A stretch of DNA of 64,000 nt from Amphiscolops sp. MND2022 (GCA_964187785.1 OZ076409.1:43774001-43838000); one strand, 5' to 3'; shown: positions 45,641-59,748, counted from the first letter of the stretch. Notes: generated by a model from the sequence alone, not told the origin. Numbers and translations are program-made.

Positions 45641-45723
45641 AGCCTTACAAGTCCCGAACCTTACAAGTCCTTACCCTTACAAGTCCTTAGCATTACAAGT
45701 CCTTTTAGCCTTACAAGTCCTTA
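45641..45723. repeat. TTACAAGTCC minisatellite x5 (16-18-bp period)
   Basis: Copies at 45645, 45661, 45677, 45693 and 45711. Confidence 0.85.
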
Positions 45724-47179
45724 ATAATCATTAGGAGTCTGAAGAATTCCGTACTAGTCTTGGGCAATCCTAGGGCTAGTCTGGTGAGTACTGGTACAGA
45801 ATTCAACCAATTACAGCTTGCGACCCGAACCGGTAGTATCCATTAGAAGCTAGAGTCAACATACATCTTAATGCTGGATTGCTTCCGAGATCCTTCAAAA
45901 CCCAGATCAGAACCTTGCAAAAATCAAGTTTTTGCCATCATGGCTGACCCACCGAGAAACAGTCCACTCTGACAGGGTTATCGCCATGTAGGTGCATGAA
46001 AAAGCTCTATATACAATGAAACAAAGAACGATGAAAACATTTTCGCAAAAAATTGAATGTCAGCGTGCTTCCGAGATACTTCAAAATCCAGATCATGACA
46101 TACCAGTCTGACATACCAGTTTCGCCAGTCAGTTTTTGGTCTTAGCTGAGCAACTGAAATACAGTCAACGCTGGTGGGGCCATCGTTGATCAGGTCCGTC
46201 GTATAGCCGCATATGCAATTGAACAAGTGTTGATAAAGCGAGTTTCACAATGAAAGAATGCATACGTGCTTCCTAGATCCTTCACAGTCCATATCAGGAT
46301 TGTTTTACCCGGAACCAATTATTTCAGGCCTAAATGCACCTTAGAGTTGGAGTACCAATTTTTTTTCAGAAAACAACGGAAAATATCAAAAATATAAAGG
46401 AAAACGCGTCGCTGGATATCAAAACTTGCTTTATCAAAAAATGGCATCAAACTTGCACATACGTTTCTGACCAACCACAACCATCACAAGTTTTTCAAAC
46501 ATTTTCTTATGAAAGCTACTTGTTGAGACATCACTGAGTCAACAGTCTCCAACCGAAGACGATATCGCTGAGCGAGGAGTGAAGAACTTGCTCAAGACCC
46601 AAAAATGTGCATTGAGATAGACCCAAACCTGACACCGCCCCAATACAGGTCGAACGTCCACTATATCATGCATCCCTATAATGTGACTTATGCATCCTCA
46701 GAATGGCACAGAGAAAAGAGAAGACATCGAATACAGAATGCAAAAATGTTTGAATTTACGGAAGACAGTTCGCGGCCTTTTTTTCAGCCCAAAAGGAATA
46801 TTTTAGCTTTGATAGACTATTGTTATCAAGACCTCTGTTGAACGTTACAAATGGAACACCATAACCAAAGAATTGAGAATTTTAGAGAACAAACTTCTCA
46901 GTTGAAACGTTTTCTGAGAAACCATTTCTGTGGTCTTGCAAAACTTGAAAAATTGAAAAAATTGACCTCGTCAAAAATTTACCACATTTTGCATGGGAAA
47001 CGGGAAAAAACATCATCTGGACATCTGGAGCGAAACTTAATTCTGGCAGAAACTGTTTGAAGAAACGACTCAGCTGAAACTAAAAAATCCATTTCTCCAA
47101 AACATAATGTTAAAAACCATGACTTTCACACTCAATCCTGTGAGATTAGGAAGTTGAGAGATCTATCACTTGGAAGAAA

Positions 47180-49231
47180 ACAAAACGGGCACGGCTCAAG
47201 TCAGCGCCACAGTCAAGATTTAAACAAACATGTTTCTTGAATGCACAAAGGGACACTATTCGGAAAGTACCTTTAGGACTCGAAACTCCAAGTGAAAACT
47301 CCGACTTTTCATCAACTGGAAACATCAAAAGCCATTATTTTTTTGACTTTTTTCGGAAAAAAACTTCAACACCGGAAAACTTCAAACTCGCAAAAGATTT
47401 AGTAAATCTTTTGCGAGTTCGGAGTTTTCCGGCATTGAGACTTTTTTCCGAAAGAAATCAAAAAATTTAATGGTTTTTGATGATCAAAAATTTCATTTGG
47501 TCAAAGGGAACCCCTTCATGCTCTTAAATGTTTTCGGCTTCGAACAGTATTTCAAGCCGAAAACAATTAAGAACGTGAAGGGGTCCCCATCGTGATCGAT
47601 TTCACTCCGTAGGGAGTCAATTGAGCAGTCTCTTCGGTCGTGATCCCATTCACGGGACTTAAAATCTATTTTAGAACGGTTTTTAGAGCGGTTCGATGTT
47701 TCTATCTTCAGAATTGCTTTCTAACTCACTTCGCGAGTACGATCACATCTTGTCTGCTTGCCTTGAGCGTCTTTTCTTCGCTCTTTGTTTTCTAGTTGAA
47801 GGCATCGAAAATGGTTGCTCGATCAATATTATATTGTTGAGCTTTCTAATATATCAATTGAGAGAAACATTCAACAGAAACTAATATACAATGGAATATC
47901 AGCAAAAATAGCAGTGGGGGCGTTTAAACTGACTTGAATGAAAGTTGTGACAATTGTGTCTCTTGGACTACAAGTCCCTCCTATTTATAGTAAGGAGAGC
48001 ATGACACGCACAAAAGTTAATGTCTTGTTACTAAAAACAGGCACAATTTGGGCAAAAGGCCCTTTGGCATGTCGTCATTATTGTGTCATGATGATCTCAA
48101 GTTAAAAATAGCATCATTCAAGTAATTAGCAGATAAAAATAGATAAAAGGGGACGTAAAAGCGGCACGCCTTTTAGGTCTAAATTTCATTAACAGCACTT
48201 TCAACTACATTTGTCTACATATTCGTCAGCTAAAGCAAGCACTCAATACATGTTGCGGACTGGTGGTCCGAGAGACTACATATAACTAAGCGGACTAGCA
48301 TAGGAATGGATGAGTAAGTTAATACTTAGCTCTGATTGGTCAGTTAATTAAAGGGACTAAGCGTCAACTTGACTAGCACAGCCGTTATATCGAACGCGTT
48401 TCCTTTCACAGCACTAGTTGATCACAATACATAATATAATTGTAAAATTTATCTAAAATCACTTTTCAACAAAACTGGTTTACATGTTATCTAACTACAA
48501 ATCAAACAATATTGAAAAGAATAAAACATAATGAAATTCCTGAACAAAATAAAGCATTATTAGCAGTGAGTAATTGTTTGTAGTTTATGGGACCACCGGT
48601 CCATTTGACCTACGGCGGCAAAACTCCTGGGGGAAGGGGCAGGCCACCGCAGTCGTCTGAAGCCACTTGATATCGGTTCCCATCGCAGGCGGAAGTCTGC
48701 GACAATTCCCTTTGGCCAAATGAATTTTTTTTCGAAGAAACGTTACACAGTGCCGCAGAAAACCGTAAATCTTTATCACAATTAACGAGAAAAGAGGTTA
48801 CCCCTAGGACTCGGAAAAGGGTGTTTCTTACAGAAAACCTCTGAAGATTGAAAATTTAAGGAAAATTCGAACAGTGAGATTTTTCCAGTAAGTCGCATTG
48901 TGCTGAACAAATCTAAGGCCCTCAATACTCGCAAAACGCATTCTAATAATAACTAAAGGAGGCATGTCGGTTTAAAAAAATCAGAAAAAAGTCTCATAGT
49001 GCCAACAAAACCCCAATTGGTCTCCCCTCTCCTTTTGCAATCTCCAAAAATTTTTGGTCTAGCGCGAGACTCGAACTCACACACTACTAATTTCAGATCT
49101 GAGAAAATCCGGGTTAATCTCTATACCAAGTGACAGTTAGAATTTAAAACTTATAGAAATGCTTTAGAAAACTGCCAGTTCTCTCGTCTTTAAAACATAT
49201 ACTGCTATAGTAGAAAAGCGCCGATCAAAAA
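47180..49231 (-). mobile_element. HINE-like copy interrupted by a solo LTR
   Basis: Reverse 3' end acaaaacgggcacggctcaagtcagcgcc at about 47180; reverse 5' end agcgccgatcaaaaa at about 49217-49231. Confidence 0.5.
47588..48704 (-). repeat. Diverged solo LTR of the Gypsy B lineage
   Basis: Ends ccatcgcaggcggaagtctgcgaca (cf. ccatcacaggcggcagcctgcgaca); contains ATG 47805 MPSTRKQRAKKRRSRQADKM, homologous to the B Gag start. Left boundary approximate. Confidence 0.75.
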
Positions 49232-49794
49232 TGAAGGTATGGAGTAATCATTTTTAGCGTTTTGACCTTATTTGTTACACGCAGTGGCCCGCCATTAGCT
49301 GAAAAGTCCAAAAGAAGCGTCTTCCTTTAAACAAAACCCACAAAAAGTTTAATTTTTCCAACTTTCCACCTAAATACTCATATCGATTGCTTTCATCAGT
49401 TTGCATTTATCAGAACAGAAATACCCAAGAAAAAACCTCCATCTCCATCAGCTGAGTTTCGTGGAAAATGTAAATCGAAATATTTTTGAATTTTTTTGGT
49501 AACGATCAAAGTTACACCAAAATGACGCCGAAAAAAGCCTAAAAATTCCTGTTCATGACATTTTAATGCATCTTTTGTAGAATTGTTAAACATTTATTCA
49601 AAAAGTTTTCCGAAAAGCAAGTTGAAGGTTGTTTATACAAACTTGTCTCCGAATACAAAATGACACTGAATAGGAAAACCACCCTTAAATTTCATTAAAT
49701 TCATCGCATTTTTCGTACTTTTTCAGAAACTGTTGTTAATTAGATGATCCATAAAGTTCAGCAACGAAAGTGTTGGCGCCTCGAAAAAAGAATG

Positions 49795-50443
49795 AACAAG
49801 TCAGTCGCCGCTATATCAAAGGCTCAAAAAGCGCAAAGTTTTCAAGATTGTAAAATGGGGGACCCTTTGGGCTTCTTGAGTATCCAGTTTGTTGAAAATC
49901 TTTTTTATAAAAATTGAAGGGGGATCCTTTGGAGACATTAAAAAATTTTCGAAAAACAAAAAATTAGAGTTTGAAACATTCTCGTAGTGCCTCGTATGTT
50001 ACAAAATATTTAAAAAAATGAAGGGGGACCCTTTCGAGACAATAAAAAATATATTCGAGAAAAAAACGAAAAATCGAAAAACAAGAATTTTGAGCCAGTC
50101 TCATAGTGCCGAAAAACTTGAAACGGGAGACCCTTTGGGCTTTTTGAAACTTCAGTTTGCTCTAAATATCAAACAACCTGAAGAGGGACCCTTTGGAGAC
50201 AAAAATCGAAAAAATGTCGCACAGTCCCGAAAAAATTCAAAGTAAGACCCTACTGTCTCGTCCGGTTTTGTATATTACGTTAAAAATGTTGTAAATGAAA
50301 GGGGACCTGCGTTTCCGGTTGCCGGTCTAGTAGCTTAGTAGTTTTGTAAAAAGTGCCCACTACGCATAGATTCTGTTGTCGGACGAAAAAAAGTCACTGT
50401 AATTGTCGGGCTTTTTTCCTTTTAAAAAAGGCGCCGACTAAAA
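49795..50443 (-). mobile_element. DINE-1/HINE-like element
   Basis: Reverse 3' end aacaagtc..cgctatatc.aaggctcaaaaagc; GGGGACCCTTT internal units; reverse 5' end ggcgccgactaaaa. Confidence 0.7.
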
Positions 50444-53400
50444 GTAACATTTTGAAAAGTACCCTAAAATAGTTCCTAATTGATGGCTGTAAAATATTGG
50501 GTTTTGAGAAGCTACATCTAGGATGGTCGGTTACCGACATATTTTTGACCAATTTAACCATCTAAGTCAAAAAACAAAAATCGAAGGCAAAATTTGTTTC
50601 CTGGGGCAAAACCAGACTTTTCATCTTATATAGTACAAATTTGGTACTTGTTTGTTCTGCTCGTGTATTTAACCTTTCAAGTATGACATTTGGTTATATC
50701 TAATCCAGGCGGAATTCGATAGAGCTTTTGTGACCTTATAGAAGCTTTCAGAGCAAAAAATAAATATAATTATGAACCACAAAATCATGTGATTGTATGC
50801 TTAAGATGTTGATATACAAACATTTTTAGGTATTCTATCGGCCTAAAGTTGAGCGGTTTCTAAAAGTTCTTTATAGTGCCTGTATATTTGATTGTACACA
50901 TGGCAGTTTATGTGAATTCCTTTAGTATAAAACCACCCAAGTTAACCAACTCCCTTTTGCAAAAGAGACTCAAAAAGTGAGATTGAAACGGTTGATATAC
51001 CTTATTGAAGCAACTGTAACTGTTTGAAACTTTATGGTTTGGGTAATCAACTTAACTCGGGCTTTTCTAGAGCTGTTCCGAAGTTTATCTTGTTTCTTCT
51101 ATACTGGGTTCGAGACTTCAACAATAATATATCATTATTGCATTTCTGTCAATTTTTCGTTTGAAAGGTTTTCGATATTTGGGTAAAGGTATTCATCTTT
51201 ATTTTCTTACACCCCAACTCCATAGACGATTCAACAGTCTAGGGAATTTTATGGAAAAACTCTTCATGTCAGAAATTTGTATTATTTCTAAACAAGTCCA
51301 AAAGTGGTCAAAGATGCTGTAATTGCTTCATTGACCTCGGAAGCTTGTTCCAAGTCACGCTAGCTGTTATCATGGTTGGAAAAATATGCGATATCATTTA
51401 TTCGAAGTTCCAAAGATCAGAAACTTGTTAATTTCTGATAGTCAAGGAAAAGGGTTATTTTAGCCTACTTAACTATTTTCTTCACTGCCTGGACCTAAAG
51501 TGGAACACGTCCCAAGAAAGATCTTTATGATATCAATGTCCTTTTCATAGGATGTAACAACCTTTTTACTGTAATGTCAGAAGAATTAGTTCAACAGACA
51601 TCTGATCTTGCAAATATTTTGTTAAATAAGTCCGAAACGGTTTTCGTACTTGGTAAACCTTTACGCAACTCTCAACTTCTTCGGGCAAAAGAAGTAAATT
51701 TTTTATTGGCATCACGTCAAGAAGATTGGAGATGTAGAGGAATTTCCAGGCAAGTGTTTAGTAATTAGCACCTAAAGAAAGATAACATTCGTGTGAATTC
51801 AAACGCATTGAGTGGAATCATCTATATTCTGAAAAGCAAGATACTTTACAACAGAAATTGTCCGGAGATTGAAAAAGAAGGCATCTTAAAGTTATTGAAT
51901 GTAATGGATTTTGAAAGTGCCTCTCCTGGACACATCAGTTTCAAAAGTGTCCGCAAGTTGTCAACCTGGCTGTCGCAAAGCTTGGTAACATCGTTTGTCA
52001 ATATACCGTGCAGACGTAGAATAAGGAATTAAATATCCAGTTCGTCCTTCTAAAAGAAATCAGAAAGTTTGTCCAGGAAAAAAACCAAAGTTTACAAAAA
52101 AGTGTCTTTGAATGATACGGTTTTAAGCCTTTTTTCGTTCACGTTTCTGATTTTTCTGAAAGGTTTGATTATTCTTGGCCTCCATGTCTTTTTGAGCGTT
52201 TCAGACTCTCTTGTACAATCTTTGCATGCTTTTGTGGGTATAAATACCGAAAGAGTTTAATGTAGAAAAACTTGGCTATTGAGCTTTTCCTTGGAGAAGC
52301 AAAATGTTTTCTTCTCAAAGAAAGTAATGAAATGCACGTAAAAATGCTGATATTTCCACGAAGTTACCTTTTTATGGAATTTTCGCTCCAGTTTACGATG
52401 TTCACGGGTATGCGATGATCCATAGATATCAACAAATGAACATTCAGCGGTTCAGCATACTTTTTCACAGAACTGAACATTTTCCTGAGACAATCGCCTC
52501 AATGAACGGAAAATCGTTTTCGGAAACCAGCAGTTTTTACACCTTATCAAAAGTTTCGGTTGAGATCAAAATGCAGAAATGTGAAAAAGAACAATCGACC
52601 ACGAACAATCAGCATACTCTTGTGCGATATTTGTTTTGTAAAAGAAACAAAAGTTTTTTCAGTTTTTGGGATCATTAGGCAGTTTTTATTGCAGTAGACT
52701 TGAGTTGGTGCCCAATCGATGTTGGAACTTCTGTCAACCAACGCAGTTTCGTTTTGACCAAAATTGTCGTTCCTAATTTAGTGGTATGGTTATTAGAAGA
52801 AATACATTCTGAGAAAAAAAACGAAAATGAATAGAGCAACAGTGAGCATTCACACTTTAGTGAACCAAAGCAAGTCAGAGCCCATAGCCGACAATCGCTT
52901 GATCATTTGGTTGCAAATATGGTGTCGTAGCTTACTTTGGGGAGATCTGGAAGTATCTGGAATTGGCGCCGGTACTGGAAAAGCAGATCTGCTCATATAG
53001 CCAATATGAAGCGAAATTGAGACATTGAACTTCTGAATGTTTTATGCGATTGATTTACACTTTTTCGATGTGTTTGTGAGTTTCCATAGAAACCATTAGC
53101 TAGACAGCTAGCTACTTAGCATACTGTTGTAAAGACAGAAAAGATGTTTGTCATGAATAGGTGTAAAATGAACTAAAAAGTTCAAAGTTTCCAACTTTCA
53201 AAATTTTTTGTTGGTTCCCACTTTGTTAGCTAGGCTCGAGCCTTGAGAAAATTTCGCAGCTGAAACTTCGGGGCCAAAATATCCCGCTGCTTACTGGGCT
53301 TATCACCCTTATAACTTTTAGCATTTTCGGTATTTTGAGGCTTCCAAAATGAAGAGACAAGGACTATTGAGCAATGATGATTGTTGAGATTATTGAGGCT

Positions 53401-56400
53401 AGAGGTCATACAACGAAAACTTTGTTGTCCTGAAAGTTTTAACATTATCATTTTCCAGTAATTATCAAAAATTTAGGAAACTCTATCATGAACAGGACAG
53501 GAAACTCTCAAAGATAACAAAGAAATGTTAGACGAATAAAGGGAATTAATCAAAAACTGGAAAGATCAAAAATGAGATGAAATGATAAAAACCCAAGAGA
53601 GGACATAGCAAGGAAGCGGTAGCCTATCAGATGAACCTCACTGAACTCGATAGCTCACTTGTACAGGTTGCAGAAAAGTATGTTCGTAGTAGAATTTTTT
53701 GAACACCACCGCGCGAATTAAACTGTATTTCAAGTGGAAGCAGAGTAAATATCATCAATTAGCAATGAAAAACCATTCAAAAACATTTTTTGGAAAAAAA
53801 AACATTTATATCGATGAAACTTTCATTGCTTTTTTGTTGCGATGAAAACAAACCTGAATTTTGTTTTTTTTTTAACACTAGGGTTAAGAAAAACAGGAAT
53901 TACTAAAAATTCGTATCTATTCTCGAACAACCCTACTATAACAAAACTATTGTATTAAATAAACAAACAATACAAATTCAGTTTATTCAAGTTTGTTTGT
54001 CAACAAATTGCAAGTAAGCTAGACCGGAACACGGAAGAGGTCACGACTGATGAACCGTAAAACACTTCCCCCTCTCTCGCTGGGTTCTCTCAAAAGTGAA
54101 TGCTGAAGTGACGGGTGTCAACATATCTCCAAGTACACAGAGTGCCGGCTTTTGGATCACTTCGGGTGGCGGCGTTTCCTTCGATCTGTTCGACATTGGT
54201 GCTGTAATAGACATAATATACTAACAATCGTTTTATTTCATACCCTCAAGGGTCCCATTTGAGGTATGCTAACGTATCTGTTACGTCTATTTGTATTTCG
54301 ACATGATCGCCGTTTCTAATCTCGGGGGTTTCAGCGTGTGGTATTCCGACAACAGTGTGTACTTGTATGACATCCTCTTCCAGGTTTGTCAGGATTGGCA
54401 CATATTGTCCGTCTCGTTCGGAGATGTCATTCACTTGCCCTCCGGTTTCATCCGGCATCTCTTACTGGCCATCATCTTCTTCGTCTTCGAAGTGAGTGTC
54501 TGTTTCGCAAAGGCTGCATGATCGGTTTCCCAACAATCTGTTTTTCGGTCTTGGTCCGATTTTTCTATTCTCTGTATCGATTCTTCTTTCACCGTAATTT
54601 TTGTCGAAATCAATGAAATCAATTCCGGTACTTTATCATTTTTGTTCCTTTGTCCTTGGGAGTTCGGTTTGATCAACTCGATGGGCGTCTTAATCTCTAA
54701 GGTTTTCAATATTTCTGCTTTAGCAGGAATATTATTGTAACCTCAAACTTTCTACTTTTTTTCAGAACAATTTTTGTCGTGATACTGAATAGTTCAGATA
54801 TTTTGTTCGGCAGTGACTGTAAGCGTGGGAAAGCTGCCGACAACAATTCAATTCTAGTGCGATGGAACGAGCGAGTGGTAATTATCCATTCGTATGCTGA
54901 CGTCATTGAGATGAAGCGAGCGAATGTTCGTTATTGGGTTTTCGTTGCCCCGAGTTATTGAGATGAAGCCAATTAGTGTTAGTTATTTGTTCGTTGAGAG
55001 CTTCGCCTGTATTCAAACGCGAATGCGAAACTTCGTCTACGCTTAGTAGTTTTATTTTCTTTGGTCCGAGAAGAATTAAAAGCGGTGTAAACTTGTACAG
55101 TGATTACATGTAATTGTGCGCTAAATAATGACTGAACAAGAGTGTATTGGTATTCGAGATATGATTCTTTTATTAATGATTTTTTTTGTTTCAAAAAAAA
55201 AGATTAAAGCAGAAATAGTACTGAGCCCCGGAGGGGCCTATTTTTTTCAACACGTTTTTTAGCTTCGAGTGCTGCAATTAATTTTGATGTCTAGAGTTCT
55301 TTTGCTGAGATTGTGTTGGATTACATATTTTTATCTAATTCGATCAACTGTATCCAAAAGTCTACCGTTGATTCGTCTTTTGCTGGTTTCGCCCGAAAGA
55401 AATCTCCCCTGTGGTGGTACGCATTTCGTTTGGGTAAGTAGTATTCTGTTACCAACCGGATTGTGTTTTAAGTTTGATGTTGTCCTGTTCAGTTTCATAT
55501 TCCTTTCTCGTTATTCGAAAGAGTGCTTCGGCTCCCTCTCCTCAAATAAAAATTTCTTGTATTTTTTTTCAGAGTTATCCGTTTTGGCTATATCTTTTCC
55601 TTCAGAAAGTTGAGTTATGGCAATTTTATGTTACCGATTTGTGAATCGCCGAATCTTTTAAACCCCTTTCTCGGTGTGAATATGGATTTCCGTCCAAAGC
55701 ATTTGCTTCAAGGTTCAATACGGTAGTTTTCTGCTATATTCAGCATTCGCTTTCTCCGGACAAAATGTCTGATCTGTTGAATATTGGTTGTCTGTGCTGT
55801 GCCAGGTTTTTTTCTTACGCTAGTGTTGAGAAAAACAAGAACTTCTGATAATAAGTTTCTATTTACGAACAACCGTTTTTTTAACGAAACTGTTATACTG
55901 AACAAACACAATAGAACTTAAGTTCATTCAAAAATGTTCGGCAACAACTTGCATGAAGGCTAGAGAGACACTTTCTTGAGGTCACGAAAGATGAACCATA
56001 TAACAAGCTCGCTTCTCATTTGGACAGTTGTTCCAATTTGAAATTTTATTTTAGTAGAAACTGAAAAGTAACTAATTGAATGGCTACTGAAACTGAAGTA
56101 AATCTTTGAAGCAGAGTACATGAATAATAAATGAAACTTCAGTAATGAAATCTTCTTGCGTTTTGCAATGGAATTGAAATCTTAGTGATTAGGAATAAAT
56201 TGATCAGGAAAACTATTAACACCAAAATGTTTAAACTTATCCAGAAGCTCTGAAAAGACTACAAAAAATTTAAAAAACGAAAACTTTACAAAGAGCTCAA
56301 ATTTCATTTAGCAGTATAACAAACTTCGTTTTGTGTCGCGATACCGTACAATGTCACATACAGTAGCCCTTGGTGTCTTGAGCTACGAACGTGCTTGTTG

Positions 56401-56440
56401 TTTGCTGGCCATACAGTCCTGTGATGAACGAATGGTGCCA

Positions 56441-56903
56441 TTTTTTGGTCGGCGCTTCTCTAGAGAAAAGAGTCGACTATAGTCATGGCTTTTCGTCAGT
56501 GTTTTTTAAAAAACTGTTTTCATTTTTTTTTGATACAACTGAAGTGACAAAAATAGTTCTACTAAAAGTTATGCAAAGTTTTATATTGCCCTGTGGGGCT
56601 AGGGAACTGAACCAAAAAAGTTTTCCCCGTAACACAATACCCTTTTAGTTTTTTCGGCATTGCGAGACTTAATTTCGGAAAACATTTCCCCAAAGGGTCC
56701 CCCTTCGGATTTTTCGGGATTTGGCGACAGAATGGATGTTGAAAAATTCCGAAGGGTCCCCTCTTTCAATTTTTTTTTCGGCACAGTGAGGCTTTTCAAA
56801 AAATTTTTTGGGTGCTGTAGAAGAGAATACTTGACACTTTCAAGTCCCTTTGCTTTTTTTGAGCCTTAGATCTGGCGCCGACTTCGGCCGGTCCCGGCTT
56901 GTT
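56441..56903 (+). mobile_element. DINE-1/HINE-like element
   Basis: 5' ttttttggtcggcgc; internal aaagggtcccc units; 3' ggcgccgacttcggccggtcccggcttgtt. Confidence 0.72.
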
Positions 56904-58959
56904 TTAGTTGGGTTTGGAACAATAAATAAAAATAACTTTTGAAAAATAAGATAGAATATAAAATTTCGTGCTTTCTGTCTAGTTTACAGTCCTCTAATTT
57001 TGGGAGTCTTGAAGCTAGTATGATACAAGCTTGCAAATAGAAAATTTTACATTTAAAAAATGAAAAATACAGTTGCAGAGTATACATTAAGAGCAGAAGC
57101 TGGTCATTGTTATTTACTTTTCATTGTTTTTCAAGGTTCCCATCATTCAATAATTACATTCGAAAATTTTTAACTCCTCAAAATTGACATGTAAAAAGAT
57201 AATCACCAATCCATAGTCCTAAATTTATGCCCAATCTTAATACATATAATATAATTCAGTGGAGATTGACGATTTTCTACGAACATATAACTAGTAGATG
57301 CCTCAACGTTTGACAGTATGGAGAGCAAGGAATCGAAAGAAAAATAAAACTAATCAAAATTGTTTCAGAATCAGGCAAAAAATCCAAAAAAAATCAAACC
57401 AAATGTTACATAGAGGAGTGTTGACAGCAATAATTGTCATTCAAGTTTCAAAGAAACACAATGGAAACTAGATCACATATTGGATCATTTTATTGAAAGT
57501 AACGAGAAATTTGGTCACGAGCTGCTTCCAAACTAAAGTACTAATGCTTCAAAAATGTACTCTTTTCATTAGACCTAGTAGCAATACTAACATCATTACT
57601 TCAAAATACTAATACTAACTAAGAACAAAAAATTATGCAGTTTCTTGTTGAACATTTGAGGAGGAATCAGTTTGAAAAAAAATCTTCTAATTTAACATTT
57701 TCTTCAGAGCTAAATCAACAATGAGGAACTAAAAACAAAAACATATTGTCTATATGTCTTTTTCAAACCATATTAAGCTGAACCAGTCATTGAAATATTT
57801 TATTATAGTGCAATTGAATCAATGAAAACTTTGATGAGATCCGGAGTAGAACCCGTGACCATGGAGTCTAAACTACCCTGGTTGAAACCCCTTGAACTTT
57901 TCACAAGTTTTTGTAGGTTACCAAGATAATTTTCCTTAATTCAATAAAATTCTCAAGGAAACTTCTTTGAATTGAAGTTTCACTGATTCTATTTAGTTCC
58001 ATCAAGCGGCCTAACGGATGCATCCTAAGTTTGGCCGAAAATTTGGCGGAAGCAGTTCTAATTTTGAAAACAGCTGAGACCCCATCAACTTCACCGTGAT
58101 TTCATTGCAATTAAACGTCACATTTTAGGTTTCAAAGTAGCGTCGTGCTATTTGACTAACGGTGATTACATAAGGTACTTACTTACTTGAAGTAAGTAAG
58201 TACCTTATGTAATAATGAAGAAGTGGAAATGTTTTCAGTTTTCATTGAAAAAATGGAAGCTTCAGTGTAGTCATACAAAATGTTTCCATGTATGCTCCCT
58301 GAACTTTCTATTTTTCTGCAAAAAATCAGCCTGCATATTTCCATGAAGCATGTAAAAAGGTGAAACAATCTCGAGTAGGATATTAGACAGTTTAGACACA
58401 TCTCAACAAGATTACTAGAATTAGTAGATTACTAGACTACTAGATTACTAGTAGTACATCAAGAATCTCAATTAGAATCTATTTAACGTCACATACAAAA
58501 CCGGATGAGACTAAAGGTTTCCCCTTTCGATTTTCGTCCGTATTGTGAAACTTTTTTTGAAAGTTTTTATTGTCTCCAAAGATTCCAGTAGTGTATATAA
58601 TCGTATTTGACACCAGCGCGAAGGCGCAAGCGTGGCTCGGCCTCATCGCTCACAGCCTCGCTTCGCTCAGCTGCTCACTCTTCAACCTCCCCCACTTGCT
58701 TCACCATTCGCTTCGCTTCGCTCCACTCATGGTGACCTTCGCGCTAATGTCAAATACGATTATATACACTACTCCGCTCCGCTTCGCCCCATCACTCAAT
58801 TACTCACCCTTCAAGTTAATATCAAATCCCCCTTTCTATACTACTAGGTATTACTCCGAACTCAAGGACACTCACCATCACAACATTCTCACACTAACGT
58901 TAAATCGCCTAAAAAATTTTCTTTAAATGATTTTAATTGAATAAAACAAAGTTAAGTAA

Positions 58960-59748
58960 ATGAGTAATTACATTAGAGATTTAATGACCTATGATTTAGT
59001 TAAAATCTGTTCCAAATGTGGAATCATACAACTAAAAATGAACTTTTTCAAAGACAAGAGCAGAAAAGATGGATTATATGTATCCTGTAAATCTTGTCAT
59101 AGAATGTATTATAATACAACACGAGAACAAAGATGTGAATATAATAAAAGATATTATCAAGAAAATTGTGATAACAAGAAAAGATATTATCAAGAAAATC
59201 GTGATCAAAAACTTGAATATTATAAAAAATATAATTATGAAAATCGTGATAATAAGAAAAGATATTATCAAGAAAATCGTGAACAAATACTTGAAATTAA
59301 GAAAAGATATCGAAAAGAATCTCGTGATAAAATATGTGAATATGAAAATAATAGAAGGCAAACAGATCCAATGTACAAATTCACAACTAATTTAAGAACA
59401 AGAACAAGACAAGCATTCAAAGCTCAGAATATGAGAAAGAACAACAAAACATTAGAACTTTTAGGATGTTCCCAACAATTCTTTAAACGTTGGATCGAAT
59501 TCCAACTTTATGGTGATATGAAACTAGAAAACTATGGTAAAGTTTGGCACATCGACCATTGTCTTCCAATATCTTCATTCAACTTATTCAATCAAGATGA
59601 GATAATAAAATGCTTTAATTGGAAGAACCTAAGGCCAATGTATTCTAAAGATAATATACAGAAAGGTGATAAAGTTAATATAAGACTTTATTTGTTACAG
59701 GAGATTAAAGCATATTATTTTTTAAAGGTGTGGAATTATTCTATTTAA
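58960..59748 (+). CDS. HNH-type endonuclease with N-terminal zinc finger and KRYYQENR repeats
   Basis: CSKC...KDGL..SCKSC; LLGCS...WHIDHCLP...CFNWKNLRPM...DNIQK. Confidence 0.82.
   Translation: MSNYIRDLMTYDLVKICSKCGIIQLKMNFFKDKSRKDGLYVSCKSCHRMYYNTTREQRCEYNKRYYQENCDNKKRYYQENRDQKLEYYKKYNYENRDNKKRYYQENREQILEIKKRYRKESRDKICEYENNRRQTDPMYKFTTNLRTRTRQAFKAQNMRKNNKTLELLGCSQQFFKRWIEFQLYGDMKLENYGKVWHIDHCLPISSFNLFNQDEIIKCFNWKNLRPMYSKDNIQKGDKVNIRLYLLQEIKAYYFLKVWNYSI

Noticed and set aside
50900..52750. Decayed transposase or host gene
   Set aside because: Only short ORFs in AT-rich sequence; no motif recognised.
54060..54960. Decayed coding region on the - strand
   Set aside because: Fragmented acidic ORFs with no recognisable domain or element boundaries.
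57833..57880. tRNA gene or tRNA-derived SINE on the - strand (GGTTCTACTCC B-box-like)
   Set aside because: No complete cloverleaf or A box could be built.
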